64,000 bases of DNA from an uncultured Verrucomicrobiae bacterium (lineage in GTDB: Bacteria > Verrucomicrobiota > Verrucomicrobiia > Limisphaerales > Palsa-1400), in assembly GCA_963707025.1 (NCBI GenBank), contig CAVPOM010000004.1, forward strand, positions 832,001 through 896,000, in the 5' to 3' direction. Below, piece after piece: positions 27,417 through 39,238 of the stretch. Within the stretch, counting starts at the first letter, position 1. Every line of letters begins with the position of its first letter. The translations under genes and the position numbers were made by a program. The notes under the pieces are model-generated. The model did not search any database. It was given only the letters and a program-made list of their open reading frames with translations, and was not told the origin of the DNA.

Positions 27417-30400
27417 ATGAAGGTTTCTCAAAGTTCACTGCGTTTTTCGGCGCAACTCCCCGCAAGCAATGGCCTTTGGCGCGGGGTTGGCCTGCGCTGG
27501 GGCGCTCCCGCGCTGCTGGCTTGGCTGTTCCTTTTTGCGGGTCTTCCTCCAGCCAGAGCCGGTCTGCCGCCCGGCTGGAGCGACACGGACATTGGGACGC
27601 CCGCGGACGCCGGTTCGGCGTCTGACAACAATGGCGGGTGGACCGTCTCCGGCGGCGGGGCGGACATCTGGGGAACGGCCGACCAATGCAACTTCGCCAG
27701 CCAAGGTTTCAATTGTGACGGCGCCATCGTTGCCCTGGTCACCAGCGTGCCGAACACCGATCCAAGCTCCGGCTGGTCCAAAGCAGGCGTGATGTTGCGC
27801 AACGACACCACGGCCGGGGCGGTCAATGCTTTTATGACCGCCTCGGCGGGCCAGGGGGTCTCTTTTCAATTTCGCGACACGGCGGGCGGCGCGTCTGTCA
27901 CCACGAAGGTCGGCGGAGTCAACCCGCCGGTCTGGGTCAAAGTGGTTCGTTCGAGCGACCAATTCAGCGGTTATTATAGTGTTGACGGGAGCAATTGGAC
28001 CCAAGTGGGCGGCGCCGCCACCATCGAGATGGCCGGTCCCGCCCTGGCCGGGCTGGCCGTGACGGCCCACAACAACGGCGCGCTCAACACCTCCACCTTT
28101 ACCAACGTCAGCCTGACGCCGCCCGCCTTCGGCATCTACCGGGAGCTTTGGACCAACCTCAGCTCCAGCGTGGGCAACACTCTGGCCGCGCTGACGAACA
28201 CAACCGACAACCCCAACTGGCCCAACGACCCTGCGCCGTCCTACACCCATGTTTTCACTAATTTTGAAACCGAAATCAATACCGGCATGAATTATTTCGG
28301 CCAGCGTCTGCGGACATTTGTCGTGCCGCCCGCCAGCGGTCTTTACACGTTTTGGATCGCCAGCGACGATAATTCCCTGCTTTACCTGAGCACCAGCGAG
28401 AACCCCGCCGGCATGGTGGCGATTGCGTCCAACACGGCCTGGACGCCTTCGGAGGACTGGACCGAGTACCCCAGCCTGCAATCGGCGCTCATCAGCCTGC
28501 AAGGGGGCTGCCGTTATTACCTGGAAGCGCAGATGCAGCAAGGGGCGGCGGGGAAAACCTCTCCGTGCGCTGGCAGTTGCCCAATGGGGCATTTGAACAG
28601 CCCATGGCGGCCGTAAGCGCAGCCGGCACGCTGCTGATCCCGTGCAACGGGGTGAACACGACCCCGGGCATTTTTGCCCAATCCAGCAGCGTGACGGTGG
28701 TGGAGAATCTCAATGCGGTTTTTTCGGTGCTGGTCACCAATCAGGCCCCGGTGACTTACCAATGGTTCACCAACGGCAGCAAGCTGGCCGGAGCCACCCT
28801 GCCGGTGGACACGCTGAGCAACGCCAGTTTCACGCTGAACAACGGCCAGATTTACACCTGTGTCGTCAGCAACAGCGCCGGTTCCATCACCAGCGCTCCC
28901 ATCGCCCTGATCGTGCTGCACGACACCGTCCCGCCGGCGGTGGCTGAGGTTTTCAACCTCGGACCGGCCAGCGTGGAGATCGTTTTCTCCAAACCGGTCG
29001 CGGTCACCGACGCCACCAACGCGGCCAATTATGCGTTTACCAACGGGACCGCCATTACCGGCGCGGCGCTCGCCGCGAATAATTACAGCGTGACGCTGAC
29101 CAGCGCGCCCCTGGTCTATGGGAGCAATTATGTCATTGTCATAAATAATATTCACGACCGGGCCAGCACGCCCAATGTCATTGCCACCAACACCCTGGCT
29201 GGATTCACGGCCTTGCCTTTTGCGCCGCAGGACATCGGCAGCCCGCCCATTGCTTCCACCGCCACCTACACCACCAACGGAGAGACCATCCAGAGCGCCG
29301 GCAATTACATCGGCGGCACCAGCGATCAATGCAACTTGGAATACCAACTCCAGACCGGCAATTTTGACGTCTCCGTCTGCCTGGCCGGCCTGGGTCTGTC
29401 GGACCTTTGGGCCAAGGCCGGCTTGATGGCGCGCGCCAGTCTGGATGCGGGCAGCCCGTTCGCCGCCGCGCTGGCCACGCCCGGCATGAACGGGGATTTT
29501 TTCGCCGATCGCACCGCCACCAACGGCCAGGCGGCGGCCTCGGGGAGTTTTCCGGCCAATTATCCCAACACCTGGCTGCGGCTCAAGCGGGTGGGCAACG
29601 TGTTCACCGGCTTTGCCAGTTACGACGGACCAGACTGGACGCAATTGGGCAGCGCGACGATCGTCATGCCCAGCCAGATTTACCTCGGCCTGGCCGTGGC
29701 CAGCCACAACACCAACCAACTGACCACGGCGCAGTTTCTGCGATTATGAAACCACGCCTGCCGACGCGGTGGTGGCCACGACCGTCAATCCGCACGAACC
29801 GCCGGGACCGTCCAGCCGCAAGACCGCCGATTGTCATTTCCGAGATCATGTGGAAGCCCGCCCCGCGCAGCGACGGCAACAACATCGGAGTTTCTGGAAC
29901 TTTACAATTCCAATCCCTGTTTCCAGGACATCAGCGGCTACCAAGTCACCTGCGCGGACATGAATTACACCTTCCCGCCGAACACACTGATCCCCGGCGG
30001 CGGCTTTCTCGTCATCGCCGCTTCGCCGCCAGGCATCGCAAATGTTTATGGCGATCACCAACGTCCTGGGCCCCTACACCGGCAGCCTCAAGAAATCCGA
30101 GACGCTCCAATTGCTGGACGAACAGGGAGCAGTGTCTTGCTGACCGTGCCTTATTCCGATGTCTACCCGTGGCCGGTGGCGGCCGATGGCACCGGGCATT
30201 CGCTTGTCCTGGCCAATCCGACTTACGGCGAAGGCGATCCGCGCGCCTGGGACATCAGCGACATCGTGGGCGGCTCGCCGGGCCAGATGGATTCGTTCCG
30301 TCCCAGCCCGCTGCGCAACGTGGTCATCAACGAGATCCTGGCGCACTCGGAAAACCCGGCCGTGCCGCAATTTATCGAACTCTACAATCACAGCACCAAC

Positions 30401-33400
30401 AGCGTGGACGTCTCGGGCTGCATTCTGACCGATGATCCGGCGACCAACAAATTCGTCATTCCCGCGGGCACGGTGATCGGCCCGGCCGGTTTTGTTTCCT
30501 TCACGCAATCGCAATTCGGCTTCACGCTCAACGGCGCGGGCGAAACGCTTTACTTCATCAAGCCCGACGGCAGCCGCATCTTGGACGCCGTGCAATTCGG
30601 GGCGCAGGCCGACGGCGTTTCCTATGGCCGCTGGCCGGATGGCGCGAATGATTTTTACGCCTTCACCACTAACACGCCCGGCGCGCACAACAGCGCCAAT
30701 TCTGATCGGCGACATGGTCATCAACGAATTGATGTATGACCCGATCAGCGGCAACGACGACGATCAATACATCGAACTCTACAACAAGGGCACCAACACG
30801 GTGAATCTGTCCGGCTGGCAGTTCACGGCCGGCGTCACTTTCACTTTTCCACCCAATGTTCATGCTGGCCTCCGAACGGCTATCTGGTCGTGGCGCGCAA
30901 CCTGACCAATCTGCTCGCCAAATATACCAATCTGAACGCCGGCAACACCGTGGGCAATTACTGCGGCAAAGCTGTCGCACAACGGCGAGCGGGTGGCCTT
31001 GGCCCATGCCGCGAGACGCTATTATGGCACCAACACCATCTACGTGGTAGAAGACGAGGTGACCTACGGCACCGGCGGACGCTGGGGCCAATGGTCCTCC
31101 GGCGGCGGCAGCAGCCTGGAACTGATTGATCCCCACGCCAACCACCGCCTGGCCGCCAACTGGGCGGACAGCGACGAGACGCAAAAATCGTCAGTGGGTG
31201 GACATCGAAACCACCGGCGTGCTGGACAACGGCGCCAATTACGATGCCGGCGATTGATTACGCCCAGATCGGCCTGCTGGACGTGGGCGAATGTCTGGTG
31301 GACAACATCGAAGTGGATTACAACGGCAAGCAATTATGTTTCCAACGCCGCCTTTGAAAGCGGCCTGGGTTGACCAACTGGTCGCTCCAAGGCTGCATGG
31401 TGCGTTCCAGCCTGGAAAACACCGGCTATCAAAGCAGCTATTCCCTGCACATCCGCTGCAGCGACCGCATTTGGACCGGCGACAATTCCTGCCAGGTGGC
31501 CCTGAACGCCAACACCACTGGCACGCGGCCAGACGGCGACGCTGCGCTTCAAGGCGCGCTGGCTGCACGGCTGGCCGGAAGCGCTGCTCCGTTTGAACGG
31601 CAACTGGCTCGAAGCCACCGGCGCCCATGCCCGTGCCCGCCAACCTCGGCACGCCCGGGCGTGCCCAACAGCCGATCCGTGACCAATGCCGGGCCGGCCA
31701 TTTACAAGGTCACCCACAATCCCGCCGTGCCGGCCGCCTAGCCAGGCGGTGGTGGTGACGGCGCAGGTGCATGATCCGGACGGCGTGCAAAAGCCTGACG
31801 CTTTATTACCGCATCGATCCGGCGACCAGCTTACACGGCCGTGCCGATGAAGGACGACGGCACGGGCGGCGACGCCATCGCCGGGCGACGGCGTTTTCAG
31901 CGCGACCATTCCCGGACAGGCTGCCAATCAAATCGTCGCCTTTTACATTGCCGCCACCGACAGCCGGGGCGCGGCAACGCGCTTTCCGGCCTTGCGTCCC
32001 AGTGACAATGAACCGGTGCGCGAATGCGTGGTGATGTTCGGCGACGGCAATCCCGGCGGCAGTTTTGGCGTGTATCATTTGTGGCTCACCCAGACCAACG
32101 TGACCCGCTGGGCCAACTTGTCCGATTTGAGCAACGAAGGCAACGATTGCACCTTCGTCAACGGCAACCGCGTCATCTACAACATGCAGGGCCGGTTTGC
32201 CGGCAGCCCGTATCACCAGGGCTTTGACACCCCCGCCGGCAATCTGTGCCATTACAAATGGGAATTTACCGACGACGACAAGTTTCTGGGCGCGACGGCT
32301 TTCAACAAGATCCATCAGCCGGGCAACGGACCGGGCGACGACGCCAGCCTCCAGCGCGAGCAGATGGCCAACACTTTTCTGCGCGCCCTGGGCGTGCCGT
32401 GGCTCAACCGCCGCTATGTGGCGGTCTATGTCAACGGCAACCGCCGCGGCACGCTGATGGAAGACGCCCAGGTGCCCGGACAGCGATGTGGTCAAAGAAC
32501 ACTTCCCCAACGACGACGGACGGCTTCCTTTACAAAATGCAGCCGTGGTTTGAGATTCGGCTCCGTTCCCGTCGGGCAACACCATCGGCTTCAGCAATCA
32601 ATCCTGGTGCAACCTGATGCCCTACACCACCACCGGCGGGGTGAAAAAGCCGGCGCGCTATCGCTACAATTTTGAGATCCGCCGCACGCCCGATTCCGAC
32701 AACGACTTTACCAACGTCTTCTCCCTGGTGGACGCCGCCAGCTCCTATGGCACGCCCAATTACGTGGCCAACATGGAAAACCTGGCCGACATGGAGAACT
32801 GGATGCGGGTCTTTGCCGCCAACCACGCGGCGGGCAATTGGGATTCGTTTGGCGCGCAAAACGCCCAGAATCTTTACGGTTACATCGGCGCGCTGGGCAC
32901 GAAATATGCCTTGTTGATGTGGGATTTCAACATCGTCATCGGCAACAGCGGTTCCTGGGGCCCGGGCCAGAATCTGTTCAATGTGAACGGTGAAGACCCC
33001 AACACCGCAGAATATTTACAACAATCCCACCTTCCTGCGCATGTATTGGCGCGCCTTGCAGGAACTGGTCAACGGCCCGCTCAATGTCGCCAATAGCGGA
33101 CCGTTGCTCGATGCCAAATACAACGCCTTCACCGCCAACGGCCTCAGTGTCGAAAACCCCGGCACGAACATCAAACCCTGGCTTTCCCAGGCGCAGACCA
33201 GCATCGCCTCGCAACTGGCCGCGGTCAACGCCACCAGTTTCCAGGTCAACCCAGCCGTGACCGTCAGCAACGACCTCGCCTACGTCACCGGGGGGGCTCC
33301 GGTGAACGTGGCCGCCGTCTGGATCAACGGCGTGGCCTATCCGCTGACCTGGACGAGCTTGACCAACTGGACCGTCGCCGTGCCGCTGACCAATGGAGCC

Positions 33401-35917
33401 AACCTTTTGAGCATCGTGGGCGTGGACCGCAGCGGCCAGCCGCTCGCCGGGGACAGCAATCAGTTGACCGTCGCCTACAGCGGGACGATCCCGCCGCCGG
33501 CCGGGCAGGTGGTCATCAACGAAATCATGTAGAACCCGTCCGTCGCCGACGCGCGAATATGTGGAACTGTACAACAACTCCACCAACCTCACTTATGATT
33601 TGTCCGGCTGGCAGTTGCAAGGCTTGTCCTACACCTTCCCGCCCGGTTCCTTGCTGTCTCCGCTGGGTTTTCTGGTCCTGGCGGCCAACGCCCCGGCCTT
33701 TGCCGCGGCTTACGGAGCAACCAACCTTGTGTTTGACACCTTCGATTCGCACCCTTTCGCCCGGCCAGCTCCTCTCCCTCGAACAACCCGGCGGCGGCAG
33801 CAACCTGATCGTGGCCCAAGTGCTGTTCGACGATGCTTTGCCCTGGCCAACCAATGCCAGCAATCCCGGCGTCTCCCTGCAATTGATTGATCCGCGCCAG
33901 GACAACTGGCGCGCCGGCAACTGGAGCGCCGGGCAAACCAATCCCCCGCCCGTCGTTCCGCAGTGGGTGTAAGCCGCCGCCACCGGCGCCGCCTCCAGCT
34001 CCTTGCTTTATATTTACCTCCAATCCGCCGGCGATGTTTATCTGGACGACATCAAATTGGTGGCCGGCAGCGTGCCGGAAGCGGGCGCCAACACCTTGAC
34101 CGACGGCGATTTTGAATCCGGTTTCCCCGACGGTTCCGTGTGGAACGTCTCCCCGAATCTCACCGGTTCGGCCCTGAGCACCACGCTCCAGCATTCCGGC
34201 AACGCCAGCCTGCATGTCGTCTCCACCGCCGCCGGCACCACCAAGGCCAGCGCCATCTACCAGAACCTTTCGCCCGCCCTGACGACCAACGCGACTTACA
34301 CCCTCAGTTACTGGTATCTGCAAAGCACCAATGGCGGACCGCTCACCGTCCGCCTCTCCGGTTCGGGGATCGTTGACACCGTCGAATCCGGCCCCTCCCG
34401 CCGCTCTCGCCCACTCGCTCTTCACGCCGGACGCCGGCAACAGCGTCGCGGTCAGCCTCCCGCCCTTCCCGCCGCTTTGGATCAATGAAGTCGAGCCGGA
34501 CAATCTCACCGGCCTGACCAACAGCGCCGGACAACACGCCCCCTGGCTGGAACTTTTCAACCCGGGCACCAACACGGTTTCTTTGGCCAACCTCTACCTG
34601 ACCGGCAGTTACACCAACCTGACCAATTGGGCCTTCCCGTCCGGCGCGGTCATCAACCCCGGCCAATTCATGGTGGTTTTTGCCGACGGCCAGACCAACC
34701 TCTCCACTTTGAGCCAACTGCATGCCAGCTTTGCCCTCGGCGGCAGCGCCGGATCGGTGGCTTTAAGCCGCCTCTACCTCGGCCAGCCCCAGGTGCTGGA
34801 CTATGTCAACTATACCAACCTCCCGCCCAATTGGTCCTATGGTTCGCTGCCCGACGGCCAGAGCTTTGTCCGCGTGGCGTTTTATTCCCCCACGCCCGGC
34901 TCCGGCAACAGCAATAGCGGCGCCCTGCCGGCCTCGTTTATCGCTTACAACACCGGCGGTTCTGTTTACACTCAGGACTTTGACTCCCTGCCCGATCCGG
35001 GTTCGACTTCGGTCAACACGGCCAATCCGGTGACCATCAACGGCGTGACCTATTCCCTGCCCAATCCCTTTGACTTTGCCTTCCCCGTTTCGGCCACGGG
35101 CAACAGCGGCGGACTGGGCCTGGCCGCCATGGCCGGCTGGTATGGTCTGGCCGATCCGACGGCCGGCGTGGGCGTGCGCTTTGGCGCCACCGATGGCGAC
35201 CAGACCACCGGCGGACAGCTCAGTTTCGGGCTGCCCAACGGTTCCAACCGCGCCTTGGGCCTGCTGGCCACCAGCACCACCGGCTACACCGCCATCGGCG
35301 CCAAGTTTATCAACAACACCGCTGCCGCCATGAACTTCATCAACCTGCAAGTGACCGGTGAAATCTGGCGGCAATCCAACATCCCCAAGATCCTGGAATG
35401 TTATTATTTCATTGATCCCACCGCCACGGCGCCCATGTCCACTCATGCCACCGCCTATCTCACGGCCTTCAACATCTCTTTCCCAACTGTTTCCGGGGAC
35501 GTGGGCGGCGCGGCGGTGGATGGAACCGCGCCGGCCAACCAGGTTTATCTGGCCGTGACGAACCAAGCCATCGCCAATTGGCCGCCGGGCGCGGCTTTTT
35601 GGCTCGTTTGGGAAATGGCCGATTCGACGGGCAAGGCCCAAGGGCTGGCCATTGACAACTTGAGCTTCGCCGCCACCGCCCTGGGCACGGCGACCAACAC
35701 CGTCACCCTCGGCATCCAAAGTTCAGCCGCCGATCCATTGGTGCTGTCCTGGCCGGCCCCGGCGACGGGTTATCAATTATATTGCACCACCAATCTGGCC
35801 CCGCCGGTCGCCTGGTCTCTGGTGACCAACCCGGTCGCCGGGAGCAACGGATCATTCTTCCTGGCCATTCCGCCCACCAACGCCGCCGCCCAATTTTTCC
35901 GCCTGATGGCGCGCTGA
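27417..35917 (+). pseudogene. Giant secreted lamin-tail/CotH-like multidomain protein (about 2800 codons; PA14-like, Ig-like, several LTD and CotH-like domains), fragmented by many indels and at least two in-frame stops; probably an intact gene with sequence errors
   Basis: Consecutive + strand fragments (27378, 28565, 29831, 30492, 30993, 31370, 31992, 32617, 32990, 33561, 34003, 34331) continue one domain series. Repeated VINEI/LMY...IELYN LTD motifs, a CotH-like NLYGY...LMWDFN segment, and an end at QFFRLMAR. Confidence 0.75.
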
Positions 35918-35991
35918 ATCGGGCCGCCCTGTTTATAGGGATGCGTGCAAAAATACCCTCTGATTTTGCTTTTGGAGCAAGACCGGTTCGG

Positions 35992-36090
35992 ATTGAGAAT
36001 TGGTCGTTGAAGAATGGTCATTGGCAATTGAAAACCACCTCCCCGACCGCCCAATGACCGATGACAATTTGTCAATTTTCAATTCTCAAT
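35992..36090. repeat. AT-rich imperfect inverted repeat
   Basis: ATTGAGAATTG (35992-36002) pairs with CAATTCTCAAT (36080-36090); inner GGTCATTGG pairs with CCAATGACC. Confidence 0.55.
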
Positions 36091-36285
36091 GGCTCTCAAG
36101 AGCGCGCTCCCGGGCGCCACTTCGATCCCGTTTCGAATTGCGCCTCAATTTCCGAAGTGGTTTTTGCCCGGAGCCTGGGCTGAATGATCGTGACTTGCGC
36201 CAAGGCAAATATAATCTTGCCCGGAAGCCGGGGTAAGTCAGTATGGCGGCGTGAAAGTCTTCCGGCTTATCGCCGCTTTGCTCTT

Positions 36286-38826
36286 ATGCTGGCCGGCATC
36301 ACCGCATTAAGATGGGGCCTCCTTTTGGCCACTCTGTCTGGAATGGCCGCCGCCCAGGAAATCATCCCTTTCCCGCGGGCCGTCATCAAAAGCGAGAAGA
36401 TGCTCGAGTGGACTTTCCAAACGAATGCCGCGGGATGGGCGGCGGCGCACGACTCTGTCCTCAGCGCGACCGGCGGCGTTCTGCGTATTCAGAGCAGCGG
36501 TGATGATCCCTATCTCTTTGGGCCGCCCATCCAGATTGAGGGACCGGTCACGGCGCGGCTCCGCTTAAAATGCGCCGCCGGCGGCAACGCACAAATCTTC
36601 TGGGCCACGGCGGTCGCGCCGCATTTCGACGAGGCGCGCAGCGAACACTTCCACCTCATTCACGACAACCAGTGGCACGATTACACCATCGCGCTGGCCG
36701 CCGGGGGAACGATTCAGCAATTGCGTCTGGACCCGGCCGAGGGCCCTGGCGTCATCGAGTTGGAATCCTTTCAATTGACTCGGGAGACGCTGCACCCGCT
36801 TGAGATTCAATCGGTCCATACCGATGGCGCCAACGTCAGCGTGCGGCTGAAGAATTATGCCGCCGAACCGGTTTCCTTCACGATGGCTGGCCGGCCCTTC
36901 GCCCTGGACGCGGGCGCCACCGGTGAGTTCTCCCAAATCGCGCCGGGCAACGCGCCGTTCCGCGCGCACGACCTGGCCATCCAATCCGCCGGGCTGCCGC
37001 CCATTCACCGCGTTGTTTCCATTATTGACTCCGTGCCGGTCGCCCATTGGACGAGCCTCCAGTCGGGCGGACTCGTGCTGCGTGCCGCTCCGGACGGTTC
37101 CGGCGCGCGCATTGAACTTGCTGGCCGCCTGGTTGGTGTGCTGGCGCCGTTGCTCAGCCGGGATGGCGTGACCCCCCAAATGAAATTGACCGGCAGCGCC
37201 CATGCCCTCCTCTGGCGCGGCCAGGGCGTCACGCTTGACCTGTCCCTGCACGAGGACGCGATCACGGCAAAGATTGAAAGCGACCGCCCGTGCGAGGGTC
37301 CGGTGCTGCGCGCCTTCGGGCCTCTGGAACAAGGTCTGTTCCCGGGATTGGAGTACCTGGCCAAGGGCGAGCATTCCTCCTCCACCCTGGACATTGAAAC
37401 CGCCGAACACGTCCGCTTCGCTCCTGATCCGCGGAAAGTCACCATGCCGTTGATGGCCTTCGTCACCGATCGCGCCCTGGCGGCCATGACCTGGCGCGAC
37501 CTGTCCTTGCAGCCGGTTTTTGCCACCCCCAATTTCCTGGACGGACCCGAAGGCCATCGCGCCTCCCTGCGCGGGTCCAATATCCAATGCACCATCCTGG
37601 TCCGCCCACCCGGGCCGATTGAAGAGGCGGTCCTTTGGGCGGCGCAACGCCGGGGGCTGCCGCCGCTGCCGGCCCCGCCGCGCCCGCGCCAGGCGGAACT
37701 TGACTTATGCTTGACTGCGTTGAGCGGGCCTCCCCTCAAAACCGCCGAAGGCTGGGGCCACTGCGCCGAACCCAACTGGCCGCGCCAGCCCTACGCCGAT
37801 CAGGCCTCGACCGTCTGGCGCTTGACCGGGCAAATCCCGGCGCTGCCCCGGCTGGTTCCGGGCGGCGCGCACATCGTCAACGATGCCATTTATTTTCTCA
37901 CCGGCCGGGCCGGCGAGTGGCTGGCCATGCGCTCCGCCCGCGCGCGCCAGATCATGGCGGAGCAGAAGCCCGACGGCTCATTCCGTTATGACGGCCCCTA
38001 TCAACGCGGCCATTTTGAGGACACGGCCAGCGGCTATTGCGCCGCGCGCGCCGTGGAATTATTGGAGCACGCCTGGCTCACCGGTGACGCCGCCTCGCTG
38101 CAAGCCGGGGTCAAGGCGCTGGAGTTCATGAAGCATTTCCGAGATCCGCGCGGCGCTCAAACCTGGGAGGTCCCGTTGCACACGCCCGACATCCTGGCTT
38201 CCGCTTACCTGGTGCAGGCTTATGTGCGGGGCTGGCAGTTGACCGGGCAGCGCGATTATCTCGACCGTGCGCGCGCCTGGGCGGTCACCGGCCTGCCGTT
38301 TGTCTATCAATGGAGCGACGAGCCGACCATGGCCTACGCCACCATCCCGGTTTTCGGCGCGACCGGCTGGCAAGCCCCCAACTGGATGGGGCTGCCCGTC
38401 CAATGGTGCGGCTACGTCTATGCTTACGCGCTGACCATGCTGGCGCCGCTGGATCATGCGATGGACTGGAAGAAAATTGCCACGGGGATTCTGACCACCG
38501 CCGAGCGGATGCAATATCCCTCCGGCCAATTCGCCGGGTGCGAACCGGATTCGTTCAATCTGGCCGAGCAACGGCGCAACGGCCCGGCCATCAATCCCTG
38601 CGCCCTCGTCAGCCTGCGCCTGGCGCTGGAAGGCAAACTGGATTCCCTCGCCGTCGCCACGGGCGCCGGACACCGCGTCCTCGCCCCGTTTCCCGTGACC
38701 ATTCGCGGCGGCCAGGCCCGCCTCCAGGCCCGCCAAGGCGTGGCCTACCAAATCGTCGTGGACGGCGCGCGCATCGTCCAAGTCCAATCCCGCGGCGACG
38801 ATTCCATTCCGCTGCCCGTGAAGTAA
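36286..38826 (+). CDS. Secreted hypothetical protein with CBM-like N-terminus and probable (alpha/alpha) barrel C-terminus
   Basis: Long clean ORF; signal peptide ending ..MAAAQE; helical motifs AWLTGD...A and GWQLTGQRDYLDRARAWA. Function not assignable. Confidence 0.65.
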   Translation: MLAGITALRWGLLLATLSGMAAAQEIIPFPRAVIKSEKMLEWTFQTNAAGWAAAHDSVLSATGGVLRIQSSGDDPYLFGPPIQIEGPVTARLRLKCAAGGNAQIFWATAVAPHFDEARSEHFHLIHDNQWHDYTIALAAGGTIQQLRLDPAEGPGVIELESFQLTRETLHPLEIQSVHTDGANVSVRLKNYAAEPVSFTMAGRPFALDAGATGEFSQIAPGNAPFRAHDLAIQSAGLPPIHRVVSIIDSVPVAHWTSLQSGGLVLRAAPDGSGARIELAGRLVGVLAPLLSRDGVTPQMKLTGSAHALLWRGQGVTLDLSLHEDAITAKIESDRPCEGPVLRAFGPLEQGLFPGLEYLAKGEHSSSTLDIETAEHVRFAPDPRKVTMPLMAFVTDRALAAMTWRDLSLQPVFATPNFLDGPEGHRASLRGSNIQCTILVRPPGPIEEAVLWAAQRRGLPPLPAPPRPRQAELDLCLTALSGPPLKTAEGWGHCAEPNWPRQPYADQASTVWRLTGQIPALPRLVPGGAHIVNDAIYFLTGRAGEWLAMRSARARQIMAEQKPDGSFRYDGPYQRGHFEDTASGYCAARAVELLEHAWLTGDAASLQAGVKALEFMKHFRDPRGAQTWEVPLHTPDILASAYLVQAYVRGWQLTGQRDYLDRARAWAVTGLPFVYQWSDEPTMAYATIPVFGATGWQAPNWMGLPVQWCGYVYAYALTMLAPLDHAMDWKKIATGILTTAERMQYPSGQFAGCEPDSFNLAEQRRNGPAINPCALVSLRLALEGKLDSLAVATGAGHRVLAPFPVTIRGGQARLQARQGVAYQIVVDGARIVQVQSRGDDSIPLPVK

Positions 38827-39238
38827 CGTCCCACGCCGGAGTTCGGCAGGGCGTTGCCGGAATCGGCCAAGTGAGATTGGAGGAAAAAGGGATCAACCCA
38901 TGGTTTGGTGCTATTTGACGGATGTTCGTCTTGAAAGAACCACGTAAAAACGAACCAAACTATGGGTGCCCCCTTTCCCTATTTGACCGCGAGGCCGACG
39001 GGAGCAAAAGACTTTGAAATCAGACCGCCTGCGGCGGTAGAATTGGAGACCCTCAGAAAACGGAGAGGCTGGACGGGCAGTGCTCCGCACGGCTCGTTTT
39101 CTCTTTCGAAAGGGTTTGGAAGCGCGGAATGAACAACAGTCAAACAGAAGTATATCTGACATCAGACCGCGAAACTCGCGCTTATTTTATGCGCTCCGTG
39201 GTCTGAAGGATGAGGTCCACCTCCACGAACCAAGTTCC

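Noticed and set aside
33530..33972. In-frame TAG (33530-33532) and TAA (33970-33972) at positions where Tyr would fit, suggesting stop-codon recoding
   Set aside because: Both lie in the indel-dense zone and are one substitution from TAC/TAT. TAG and TAA act as normal stops in intact genes of this window.
38827..39238. Lower-GC intergenic stretch with a weak TCAGACC...GGTCTGA inverted repeat as ncRNA or mobile remnant
   Set aside because: No recognisable RNA family, transposase fragment or convincing ORF.
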